Source of the DNA: a virus
Length of the DNA stretch: 46,615 nucleotides
IMG/VR virus record: IMGVR_UViG_3300045988_123937
Location: 1 to 46,615 of that record
Direction: 5' to 3' (one strand)
Part shown: positions 17,344 through 25,320 of the stretch, one piece after another
How the letters are laid out: every line of letters starts with the position of its first letter
How positions within the stretch are numbered: position 1 is the stretch's first letter
Program-made: the position numbers and the translations under genes
The notes under the pieces: generated by a model
Database searches by the model: none
Told to the model about the DNA's origin: nothing
What the model saw: only the letters and a program-made list of their open reading frames with translations

Positions 17344-17414
17344 TGAGCTATGGTGTAATGGTAACACATCACCCTTTGGAGGTGGCGCTTCCGGTTCGAA
17401 TCCGGGTAGCTCAA
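17344..17414 (+). tRNA. tRNA-Gln (anticodon UUG)
   Basis: Acceptor TGAGCTA/TAGCTCA (U1-A72); D arm GTGT/ACAC; anticodon loop CTTTGGA; T arm TCCGG-TTCGAAT-CCGGG. Confidence 0.85.
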
Positions 17415-17590
17415 CAGGGGAGCGATCCCCACGTTGTTAGTTTGATCGAAGGGTCATTCAATCAACGGAAGCGATAGAGGGTATATCCCTCGACAATCCG
17501 AGGCCGCGTGAAAAGAGTAGCAAGGCCGAGGCGGAAGCTCACGAAACGGGCAAAGAACGCAAACCGGCGGCGCGGAAGCTGTGTCGCCAC

Positions 17591-17623
17591 CGCGGGGGAT
17601 CGTCGTAAGTCCCCCGCATTTTT
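17591..17623 (+). terminator. Rho-independent terminator closing the RNA island
   Basis: GCGGGGGA-tcgtcgtaag-TCCCCCGC followed by ATTTTTT. Confidence 0.8.
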
Positions 17624-17645
17624 TGGAATCAACAATCATCTATAT

Positions 17646-17810
17646 ATGCAGAGTTATATCAAGGAGCTCAAAGAAAAGGGTCTCGTGCCTTTACGGCTCG
17701 ATAGAAACACGGTAATCTTGGTTCCTCCGGAGAAAGCCAATGAGAAATACAAGGCGCGCTACCTCAAAAACGCCGAGAGGTCGCGGAGGATGGCAACGCA
17801 TTTAGATTAG
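17646..17810 (+). CDS. Small hypothetical protein, 54 aa
   Basis: ORF 17508..17810 trimmed to the ATG at 17646; the upstream part contains the terminator. Confidence 0.5.
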   Translation: MQSYIKELKEKGLVPLRLDRNTVILVPPEKANEKYKARYLKNAERSRRMATHLD

Positions 17811-17812
17811 TT

Positions 17813-19024
17813 ATGAATTACGGATTACCTTATAAGGGTTCTAAGAATAATATTGCGAAATGGGTTATTTCGAATCTTCCCGCGTCGCATACGTTCGTGG
17901 ATTTGTTCGCCGGAGGATGTGCGGTAACTCACGCTGCCATATTGTCTGGTAAATTCGGACGTTTCATTGCAAATGATATTACGGAATATCCCCAAGTCTT
18001 CCGTGATGCCATCGATGGGAAATACCGGAATGAATGTCGATGGATCAGTCGGGAGGATTTCTTCCGTCTCAAAGATGACGACCCCTACGTGCGTCTTTGC
18101 TGGAGCTTTGGGACTGGTATGCAGACATATCTATATGATCCGGAGGTTGAGCGGTTCAAGAATCACCTGCACGCGGTATTTTTCGCGGGAACGCCCACGA
18201 GCGCGCGGTTGGCATGGAAAGGATTTGTCCGGGAATTTGCAAAAGTCCGTGATGAAATAGGAGAGCTGACGCAAAAGGTGCTGAAGTTGTGCGCAGCGTG
18301 CGACGTGGCACCTCAATACAATGCGGACGGCACATTGAATACAAAGGCGATACATACAGATGTTTTTCGGGTTAAATCAGCGTATTTGCGAAAATATTTA
18401 CAGAACGCCCTGAAATTATCCGGTCTTACGCAAAAAGATGTCGACCGACACCTTGGGAATTATATGAGTAGGCATTATTTTGGCGAATCTCAATGGATGT
18501 TGCCATCCTCTGAACAATACGAGAAGTTGCAAGAAATTTTACCGGCGTTAACTATTCCGTGGGCGTCCTTAAACGAAAGTCTGCAAAGACTGGAAAGACT
18601 GCAAAGTCTGCAAAGTCTGGGAAGTCTGCAAAGTCTGGAAAGTCTGCAAAGACTGCAAAGACTGCAAAGACTGGAAAGTCTGCAAAGTCTGGAAAGACTG
18701 AAACTGCCCCGAAAGGATTACAGCGATGTTGCTATACCGCCGGGCGCGACGGTATACTGCGACCCGCCGTATGCTAACACGACGGGGTATATCGACGATT
18801 TCGACCATGAACGATTTTATAGATGGCTGCGGAGCATGGAATTCCCGGTGTTCGTTTCGGAATATTCCATGCCGGACGACTTTATATGCTTTGCGAGTAT
18901 TGACAAAGCATGCACCTATCCATCATCAAAAACGATAAAACGCGTAGAAAAGATGTTCGTACACGAGCGGTGGGCGGATGCTGTGAGGCGTCCGGATGAT
19001 AATGTTCAGGGGCGGCTGTTCTAA
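17813..19024 (+). CDS. N6-adenine DNA methyltransferase (Dam/D12 class) with an internal tripeptide-repeat insert
   Basis: N-terminal YKGSKNNIAKWV...FVDLFAGGCAV (AdoMet motif) and C-terminal VYCDPPY catalytic motif. Confidence 0.8.
   Translation: MNYGLPYKGSKNNIAKWVISNLPASHTFVDLFAGGCAVTHAAILSGKFGRFIANDITEYPQVFRDAIDGKYRNECRWISREDFFRLKDDDPYVRLCWSFGTGMQTYLYDPEVERFKNHLHAVFFAGTPTSARLAWKGFVREFAKVRDEIGELTQKVLKLCAACDVAPQYNADGTLNTKAIHTDVFRVKSAYLRKYLQNALKLSGLTQKDVDRHLGNYMSRHYFGESQWMLPSSEQYEKLQEILPALTIPWASLNESLQRLERLQSLQSLGSLQSLESLQRLQRLQRLESLQSLERLKLPRKDYSDVAIPPGATVYCDPPYANTTGYIDDFDHERFYRWLRSMEFPVFVSEYSMPDDFICFASIDKACTYPSSKTIKRVEKMFVHERWADAVRRPDDNVQGRLF
18578..18703. repeat. 14 tandem copies of the 9-bp unit AGWCTGSAA inside the methyltransferase gene
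   Basis: Encodes (S/R)L(Q/E/G/K) x14, in frame, just upstream of the DPPY motif. Confidence 0.9.
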
Positions 19025-19111
19025 TCCTCCCCGCGTCGCAATAGTATTACCGCCATAGTAGTATTGTCGGCTGGCGTCCTATCTACGAATAACCCCTAAA
19101 AGTAAGAAATT

Positions 19112-19615
19112 ATGGATGACATTACCCGCGTCTGCCGCAAATGCGGGCAGGAAAAGCCGTTGAGCGAGTTTGTAAAGGATAAGACATGCGCATTAGGTCA
19201 TAGGCATACTTGCAAACAATGCGAGCAGGAAAGATACCGCAAATGGCGTGCCGCCAATTCCGAAAAGAGGTGGGAATATAACCGCAAGTGGCATGCCGCC
19301 AATTCCGAAAAGAGGTGGGAATATAACCGAAAGTGGCGTGCCGCCAATCCCGAAAAGATACGGGAAATACGCCACAAGTGGCGTGAAGCCAATACCGAAA
19401 AGGAGCGGGGAAGGTGCCGCAAGTGGTACGCTGCCAATACCGAAAAGTTCCTGGAAATGAAACGCAAGTATCGCGAAGAACTGACTGACAGTTATTTAAT
19501 AGGTAAATTAAAACGCTTAAACCTCCCAGTAACCCCAGAAACAATCGACTACAAACGTATTCAACTAAAGCTATACCGAGAAATCAAAAAACAACAAAAC
19601 GATGAAAGAGATTAA
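19112..19615 (+). CDS. Zinc-ribbon protein with five 15-aa tandem repeats
   Basis: CRKCGQEK...CKQCEQE, then RKW(R/H)AAN(S/P/T)EK repeats. Confidence 0.7.
   Translation: MDDITRVCRKCGQEKPLSEFVKDKTCALGHRHTCKQCEQERYRKWRAANSEKRWEYNRKWHAANSEKRWEYNRKWRAANPEKIREIRHKWREANTEKERGRCRKWYAANTEKFLEMKRKYREELTDSYLIGKLKRLNLPVTPETIDYKRIQLKLYREIKKQQNDERD
19238..19462. repeat. Five tandem 45-bp repeats (coding)
   Basis: cgcaa(a/g)tggc(g/a)tgccgccaattccgaaaag... repeated; the first two units are near-identical. Confidence 0.85.
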
Positions 19616-19811
19616 GAACATCCGGGAATTGACGGCCGATTTGGGCCGCGTGTATGCAGAGCTTCGAGCACGAGAGATCGAGATCAAAGAGGCATCGGAG
19701 ATTGCTAACATTGCGGGTAAGATCATCAACGGCGCAAAGGCTGAAATGATGTACCGAATCGCCCGTAAGGAGAAGCCGTCGATACCTTTTTTCGATGCCG
19801 ATGGCAAATAA
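19602..19811 (+). CDS. Hypothetical protein, 69 aa
   Basis: ORF overlapping the previous gene's end by 14 nt. Confidence 0.6.
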   Translation: MKEIKNIRELTADLGRVYAELRAREIEIKEASEIANIAGKIINGAKAEMMYRIARKEKPSIPFFDADGK

Positions 19812-19812
19812 T

Positions 19813-19842
19813 TTTGCAGATTCGAAATGATTTTCTATCTTT
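19813..19842 (+). promoter_or_regulatory. Bacteroidota-type promoter
   Basis: TTTG at 19813-19816 and TATCTTTG at 19835-19842. Confidence 0.55.
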
Positions 19843-19846
19843 GCTG

Positions 19847-19972
19847 TTGCGACAGAACTACTTTACGTAGTCATTAGAAATATACGAACGTCTTTTGGGC
19901 GTGTTCCCGTTGCACTTCTACGCTACGTAGTTGTGGTTCTGTCGCAAGAATTAGGGGGCACGCCCTCTTTTT
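19847..19972 (+). ncRNA. Candidate structured leader or small RNA
   Basis: 12-bp perfect arms TTGCGACAGAAC/GTTCTGTCGCAA (19847-58 / 19936-47) plus TACGTAG pairing; GGGCGTG/CACGCCC interleaved; AGGG..CCCT followed by a T-run at 19968-72. Confidence 0.4.
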
Positions 19973-20005
19973 ATACCATACATTAACCTAACTTGTGTTC
20001 AACAA

Positions 20006-20284
20006 ATGCGACAGAACAACACAAGTGGTACCCGGGTAAATAACACCCAGACCACACCGCGCGCAAAGAAAAGCCGCACCGTATTCTATCGTTGCCACCT
20101 CAAGGCAACACGACCGATGTTCTCTTCGGACAAAGTCGATTACACTGATGTTATCCGCGCTGCCTGCGAGGAACACGCCCTTGGCTGTTTCCTGGCTCGG
20201 TTCCGCATTATGTATCCGGCCTATACTGTCGTTGTCGGCACCATACTCGTAAGCCGGGTATTCCCTCCCAAAGTCAAACATTAA
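20006..20284 (+). CDS. Possible hypothetical protein (92 aa, or 55 aa from an internal ATG)
   Basis: Same strand as its neighbours; a mirror ORF exists on the minus strand; weak support. Confidence 0.35.
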   Translation: MRQNNTSGTRVNNTQTTPRAKKSRTVFYRCHLKATRPMFSSDKVDYTDVIRAACEEHALGCFLARFRIMYPAYTVVVGTILVSRVFPPKVKH

Positions 20285-20295
20285 ACCGCTGAATT

Positions 20296-20427
20296 ATGGC
20301 AAGCCTTGTAACCTTGCTGCTGTGGATGTTGCCCATAGCCGCAGTTTTCGGCGTCGTCTACTCTGACAAGCGCATCTACGATACCGTAGACGCTATTCTG
20401 AACCGTGTCTTTGAAAAATTCGATTAG
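20296..20427 (+). CDS. Small membrane protein, 43 aa
   Basis: MASLVTLLLWMLPIAAVFGVVY hydrophobic span; stop lies 2 nt before the next ATG. Confidence 0.5.
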   Translation: MASLVTLLLWMLPIAAVFGVVYSDKRIYDTVDAILNRVFEKFD

Positions 20428-20429
20428 CC

Positions 20430-20864
20430 ATGAACGCGCAATATCACATTACAACAACATCCCCGGCCCTCCCGGTTACAGAGGAGTTGGTGGACATTCC
20501 CAGCGAATATATTACGGGCAACGTCAAAAAGCGTCCGACACTTAACGAATTCACATTGTCTGACAAGTCAATGAAGCTGCTCTTCAAAATGTTCGCCGCT
20601 TTTTTCGAACATAAGACACCCGGAGATGGCCAAGATTCAGATCGAGGCCAGTATTATACCTACGGGGATGTCGACGGATTCACTTTCGAAGTGGACTGGG
20701 GTGTATTTCACATCACCGTGGAGCGTCATTACCTATGGGACGATCTGTTGAGCGCCCCCGATGAGGGGTTCACGGTTACAGAAGTATGGGACACGATCTA
20801 TGATTGTTCCCGTCCGTGCCTGGCAAAACGAATGAACGATTACGCAAAACGAAACAACTTATAA
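20430..20864 (+). CDS. Hypothetical protein, 144 aa
   Basis: Clean ORF in the early operon. Confidence 0.7.
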   Translation: MNAQYHITTTSPALPVTEELVDIPSEYITGNVKKRPTLNEFTLSDKSMKLLFKMFAAFFEHKTPGDGQDSDRGQYYTYGDVDGFTFEVDWGVFHITVERHYLWDDLLSAPDEGFTVTEVWDTIYDCSRPCLAKRMNDYAKRNNL

Positions 20865-20868
20865 TATT

Positions 20869-21039
20869 ATGAGAACACGTATTGAAGTCAGAAGCCGTGC
20901 TACTGGCAAGCTGATCACCAGCCATGAGGAGAACCGCCGCATGACGGCCAAAGAAATCGAGAAAGCCAAACGGGATTGCATGCGAAATCTCGATCGTGCC
21001 AAAGTTACAGCACCGGAAGTAACCTATATCGAAGACTAA
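20869..21039 (+). CDS. Small hypothetical protein, 56 aa
   Basis: ATG 20869 to TAA 21039 fills the gap between neighbours. Confidence 0.5.
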   Translation: MRTRIEVRSRATGKLITSHEENRRMTAKEIEKAKRDCMRNLDRAKVTAPEVTYIED

Positions 21040-21042
21040 GCC

Positions 21043-21714
21043 ATGAAAGAGTTAATCGCCATCCAATCGGAATTGAAAGCCCCCAAAGGGCAGTATAACA
21101 GCTTCGGAAAATACAAATATCGAAGCTGCGAGGATATTCTCGAAGCGGTCAAACCGATACTCAAGGCGCACGAATGCGCCCTGAACCTGTGCGACGACAT
21201 CGTCGCCGTCGGGGACCGCTACTACGTGAAGGCCACGGCGCGCATCACGAACGCCGCCGGAGAGGTCGAGACGGCAACGGCCTTTGCCCGCGAGGACCTC
21301 GACAAGAAGGGTATGGACGGGTCGCAGATAACGGGTACAGCGTCCAGTTATGCCCGCAAATATGCCCTTAACGGGTTGTTCTGCATCGACGATACGAAAG
21401 ATGCGGACACGGACAAGTGGCACACGGAGAACGCCAACCGGGCGGCGGCACAAAATACCAAAACAGCACAACCGTCCACGGTCCCGGCAACTGCTCCGGC
21501 CCGCAAGCGCATCACTATGGAACACCTGGACAACCCCATTGCCTGCGATCGGCTGATGAAATGGATGTATGGATTTCTCACTACGGCCAACTATGCCGCG
21601 GATTTCGACGCCGGAGCGCAATTGCTGAAATCACACGATGCCGATGCGGAAGTCGTCGATCGCTTCTCGGCGCTCTTTGAATCATACCGTCAGGCTCGGA
21701 AAAATGCGAAGTGA
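21043..21714 (+). CDS. erf: ERF-family single-strand annealing recombinase
   Basis: KGQYNSFGKYKYRSCEDILEAVKPILKAHECAL...SYARKYALNGLF signature. Confidence 0.8.
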   Translation: MKELIAIQSELKAPKGQYNSFGKYKYRSCEDILEAVKPILKAHECALNLCDDIVAVGDRYYVKATARITNAAGEVETATAFAREDLDKKGMDGSQITGTASSYARKYALNGLFCIDDTKDADTDKWHTENANRAAAQNTKTAQPSTVPATAPARKRITMEHLDNPIACDRLMKWMYGFLTTANYAADFDAGAQLLKSHDADAEVVDRFSALFESYRQARKNAK

Positions 21715-21715
21715 T

Positions 21716-22174
21716 ATGGAGACACAGGCAACATTGATTCGGGAAACGGCGTCTGCCTCCGAGCTGGCCGCCCGGGCTATCTCCTCGGTTGTAAACGGGG
21801 AGGTAGACCCGATCACGGCCCATATCAACATCAGCCGTATGGAAAAGGCCATAGCCCTCTACAAGGATAACGTTGATGTGCGAGACATCACGCTGCGGGA
21901 GTTATCTAAATACGGTAAGAAACAGACGTTCGGCGACTGTGTGCTGGAAGAGTGCGAATCCGGCGTCAAATACGATTATTCGATGTGCGGCGATAGCAAG
22001 CTGGCGGATATGTACGCCACGCTGGAAGCCCTGAAAGCCGACATCAAAGAACGGGAAACGATGTTGAAGCACATACCGTCATCTGGGGTTGCGGACCCCG
22101 ATACTGGCGTGGTGATGTTCCCGCCGGCTCGGAGCAGCAAAACAGTAATTAAGACAACTTTCAAAAAACAATAG
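21716..22174 (+). CDS. Hypothetical protein, 152 aa (alternative ATG at 21704)
   Basis: ORF following erf. Confidence 0.65.
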   Translation: METQATLIRETASASELAARAISSVVNGEVDPITAHINISRMEKAIALYKDNVDVRDITLRELSKYGKKQTFGDCVLEECESGVKYDYSMCGDSKLADMYATLEALKADIKERETMLKHIPSSGVADPDTGVVMFPPARSSKTVIKTTFKKQ

Positions 22175-22179
22175 GAATA

Positions 22180-22476
22180 ATGGCAGAACTTATCAATGTG
22201 TCGTTGTGTGTCAGCGACATTCCCAGGGACAAGATTTTCGTTGCTGAAAACGGCAAGAAGTACATTTCTATTTGTGTTTCGGAACTCCGCGAGGCTGATC
22301 AGTACGAGAACACGCACTGTGTGTTCATGCGTCAGTCCAAGGAGGAGCGCGAGCGCAAGGACAAACGAGTGTATGTAGGCCGGGGTAAGTCAGTGGTATT
22401 TCGCCCGGCGGAGCCGACGCCCGATCAAGTTGCGGATTTGCCGGTCGCCGAGAACGTGGATGACCTCCTTTTCTGA
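22180..22476 (+). CDS. Hypothetical protein, 98 aa
   Basis: Clean ORF. Confidence 0.65.
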   Translation: MAELINVSLCVSDIPRDKIFVAENGKKYISICVSELREADQYENTHCVFMRQSKEERERKDKRVYVGRGKSVVFRPAEPTPDQVADLPVAENVDDLLF

Positions 22477-22487
22477 TGTAGTGCCGT

Positions 22488-22928
22488 ATGGTTTACGATT
22501 TGAACACCGACATCGACCGGGAGCGCTTCAAGCGACGTGCAAACGCCCTTATGGCGCGACGGGCCGTTGTCGAGTGTTCGGAGCGTAAGCCCAGGCGGTC
22601 ATCGCCCCAAAACAGGTATTTGCACGCCTTACTCGGCGAATTCGCAATGCAGACAGGGTGCACACTGTCGTACGTGAAAACGGAGTATTTCAAGAGGTTT
22701 TGCAATCCGGAGTTGTTCGTGCGTGTCGAGTTCGACGAACTGATGCACAAAGAGATTGAAAGGCTCCGCTCGAGCCGGGACCTCGACACCGGAGAGATGA
22801 CAACGGCAATAGAGCGTTTCCGTAACTGGGCGGCCGTGGAGGCCGGGATAGACCTGCCATCGCCTGGCGAGGCGGAGTGGATAGGCTTCATCGAAAGGGA
22901 GATGCAACGCCAGCAAATATGGCTATGA
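22488..22928 (+). CDS. ninB: NinB/Orf-like recombination mediator
   Basis: 146 aa; RRSSPQNRYLHALLGEFA matches the RS..QNR.LWA.LG motif of lambda Orf. Confidence 0.65.
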   Translation: MVYDLNTDIDRERFKRRANALMARRAVVECSERKPRRSSPQNRYLHALLGEFAMQTGCTLSYVKTEYFKRFCNPELFVRVEFDELMHKEIERLRSSRDLDTGEMTTAIERFRNWAAVEAGIDLPSPGEAEWIGFIEREMQRQQIWL

Positions 22929-22929
22929 T

Positions 22930-23802
22930 ATGGCAAGAATACGAACTATAAAGCCACAATTTTGGGATGACGCGAAAATAGGCCGAATCCCTCGTGACGC
23001 CCGTCTGCTATATATAGGTCTTTGGACCTTTGCGGACGATTTGGGTGCGGTGATCGCCGATCCCGTTTGGCTAAAATCAAAAATATTTCCTTACGACAGA
23101 ATACAGATCCAACAACTGGAGGCGTGGTTAGGGTTGCTCGAGAAGACCGGTTTTATTAGTCTTCTCTCCGTCAAATCGGAGAGTTTCTATTATCTTCCTA
23201 CTTTCTCCCGTCACCAAATAATCAATCGACCTAATTTGGACGATGTAAACATCGATAAGAAGCTATTAGACAATATTTTAGCTAAATTCACTGATCAATC
23301 AGTGATCAATCATGGATCAATCACTGATCAATCAGTGACTATAATAGGAGAGGAAAAGGATAGGGATAGTAGTACCCCCTATAATCCCCCTAAGGGGGAA
23401 ATCGGCTCTCCTGACTCTGACGATGAATCCGTAGAAAACGGACCAGAGAAAAAGAAAAGTTGCGGCAAAAGAAAAGAGGCTGATTTATCCTTCGTCGAAC
23501 CTTCGTTCCAGCCAGTGATGGCGGAATGGCTTGCTTACAAGTCTGAACGCGGACAGACATATCGGAAGCAGGGATTAAAGGCTTGTTATTCCAAATTGCG
23601 GGAACTTTCAAACGAGGATCCGGACATTGCCCGTAAGATCATCCGACAATCTATGGCAAATAACTGGGCGGGGTTATTCCCGCTGAAAACGACAAATGAC
23701 TATGGACGAAGTACAAAGAATCAACCCCCATGCCCTGATGAGCTCGCTCGGGCCGTCGCTGAGGGAATCTCTCGCGCTCACACCCGCCAAGAGTGGGAGT
23801 GA
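22930..23802 (+). CDS. Putative replication initiator/organizer (DnaD-like C-terminal part)
   Basis: MARIRTIKPQFWDD..N-terminus common in phage replication proteins; iteron cluster inside the gene. Confidence 0.55.
   Translation: MARIRTIKPQFWDDAKIGRIPRDARLLYIGLWTFADDLGAVIADPVWLKSKIFPYDRIQIQQLEAWLGLLEKTGFISLLSVKSESFYYLPTFSRHQIINRPNLDDVNIDKKLLDNILAKFTDQSVINHGSITDQSVTIIGEEKDRDSSTPYNPPKGEIGSPDSDDESVENGPEKKKSCGKRKEADLSFVEPSFQPVMAEWLAYKSERGQTYRKQGLKACYSKLRELSNEDPDIARKIIRQSMANNWAGLFPLKTTNDYGRSTKNQPPCPDELARAVAEGISRAHTRQEWE
23292..23339. repeat. Four-plus tandem 11-bp iteron-like repeats, (T/G)GATCAATCAN; candidate origin
   Basis: Units at 23292, 23303, 23314 and 23325, each containing GATC. Confidence 0.85.
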
Positions 23803-24193
23803 GGAGGTATCCGTACTTGCAGGGCCTCCGGCATCGGCAGCACATATCGCCACGGTGGTGCATAAGCTGTCCGTATGTTTTCCGGATATGTCGAGCGAAT
23901 TCTTCTCTATCCTTGCCGAGCGTATCGGGAAGACGGGAATGAGCGGGAAGCGGCTGGAATATGCCCTGAACAGGGTGCTGGACACGTTCACGTACAAACG
24001 GCTGACGATCGCCGACATCTTGGGCATCGATGTGAAATGTCGGATTCTGACGTATTCCGCGATGTGCAATGAGGTGGCCCGGAACGGCGGCAGCACGGAC
24101 GATTATGCTCCGATACGCATTAGCGGGGCCGAGAAGCCCGGATGGGTGCTCAAAAGAGACAAGGCGCGGTATAATATCCCGGGCGAGTTATAA
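23738..24193 (+). CDS. Hypothetical replication-module protein (start uncertain: 23696, 23702 or 23738)
   Basis: ORF overlapping the 3' end of the initiator gene. Confidence 0.55.
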   Translation: MSSLGPSLRESLALTPAKSGSEEVSVLAGPPASAAHIATVVHKLSVCFPDMSSEFFSILAERIGKTGMSGKRLEYALNRVLDTFTYKRLTIADILGIDVKCRILTYSAMCNEVARNGGSTDDYAPIRISGAEKPGWVLKRDKARYNIPGEL

Positions 24194-24201
24194 TAATCAC
24201 C

Positions 24202-24561
24202 ATGACACGACACATCGAATCACACCTGCAACGAATGTGCGTCAGCTGGTTTCGACTCCAATACCCGGACATCGGGAAGCTCCTGTTCGCCGTACCGAAC
24301 GGCGGCGCCCGGGGCCGCACGGAAGCCGCGATAATGAAAGCCGAGGGCGTAACGGCAGGCGTTACCGACCTTATCCTGCTGCTCGGACGTGGAGGCTTCA
24401 ACGCCCTATGTATCGAAATGAAGACTCCCGACCGACGTTCCGTCCTATCGGACGCGCAAATCGAATGGCGTTCACTCGCAATCACGAACGGGAACAGACA
24501 CGTCGTCTGCCGGACGATCGAGGAATTCCAGTCGGAAATACGTTGGTATTTAACAATGTGA
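24202..24561 (+). CDS. VRR-NUC domain nuclease
   Basis: GVTDLILLL...ALCIEMKT (D..ExK core), 119 aa. Confidence 0.75.
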   Translation: MTRHIESHLQRMCVSWFRLQYPDIGKLLFAVPNGGARGRTEAAIMKAEGVTAGVTDLILLLGRGGFNALCIEMKTPDRRSVLSDAQIEWRSLAITNGNRHVVCRTIEEFQSEIRWYLTM

Positions 24562-24571
24562 CACAACAACC

Positions 24572-25309
24572 ATGAACAAAGAGATTAAAATATCGATCAA
24601 GAGCCGCTGGACAGGTTCTATCCTTTTCGAGTATTCGAGCGTTGGCAATACGCTTGCCAAAACGGTAACGGAGGCCTTGAAAGGCGGAGCCAACCTGAGC
24701 GGAGCCAACCTGCGCGGAGCCGACCTGCACGGAGCCGACCTGTACGGAGCCGACCTGCGCGAAGCCGACCTGCACGGAGCCGACCTGCGCGAAGCCGACC
24801 TGCGCGGAGCCAACCTGTACGGAGCCAACCTGAGCGAAGCCGACCTGCGCGGAGCCAACCTGCGCGGAGCCGACCTGTACGGAGCCAACCTGCGCGAAGC
24901 CGACCTGCGCGGAGCCGACCTGCGCGGAGCCAACCTGCGCGAAGCCAACCCGCGCGGAGCCGACCTGCGCGAAGCCATAGGTACATACATGGCTTGCCCC
25001 ACCGATGGCAGTTTTATCGGCTGGAAGAAGGCTTCGGAATATATCGTGAAGCTGCAAATCCCGGAGGATGCCCGCCGCAGCTCTGCCGGAGGCGAAAAAT
25101 GTCGCTGCGACAAAGCCTATGTGGTGGAGATTCAGAATGCTGATGGAACTAAAGCCGACATCGAGACAGTTCATTCGAACCATGATGCGAACTTCGTGTA
25201 TACGGTCGGCGCTACCGTCGAGGTCTCCGACTTTGACGGTGACCGCTGGAACGAATGTGCTCCGGGTATCCACTTCTTCATCGACCGCCGGGCGGCCGTG
25301 GAGTATTAA
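24572..25309 (+). CDS. Pentapeptide-repeat protein with a conserved C-terminal domain
   Basis: About 19 consecutive A(N/D)LxG/E units (24684-24975), then ...CAPGIHFFIDRRAAVEY. Confidence 0.8.
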   Translation: MNKEIKISIKSRWTGSILFEYSSVGNTLAKTVTEALKGGANLSGANLRGADLHGADLYGADLREADLHGADLREADLRGANLYGANLSEADLRGANLRGADLYGANLREADLRGADLRGANLREANPRGADLREAIGTYMACPTDGSFIGWKKASEYIVKLQIPEDARRSSAGGEKCRCDKAYVVEIQNADGTKADIETVHSNHDANFVYTVGATVEVSDFDGDRWNECAPGIHFFIDRRAAVEY

Positions 25310-25320
25310 CGGGAGACGCT

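Noticed and set aside
17508-17645. N-terminal part of ORF 17508..17810 (100 aa)
   Set aside because: It starts at a GTG, is basic low-complexity sequence, and contains the rho-independent terminator at 17591-17623. The real gene probably starts at ATG 17646.
21052-21621. 189-aa minus-strand ORF inside the ERF gene, and 25306..26064 (252 aa) inside the PAPS-reductase-like gene
   Set aside because: Both are antisense to genes with clear family motifs, and both are Arg/Gly-rich shadow translations.
24482-25273. Long minus-strand ORFs (263, 187 and 122 aa) antisense to the pentapeptide-repeat gene
   Set aside because: These are low-complexity translations (GSAQVG / RRSAP / WLRAG repeats) produced by the 15-bp periodic DNA. 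The sense strand gives a textbook pentapeptide-repeat protein in operon context.
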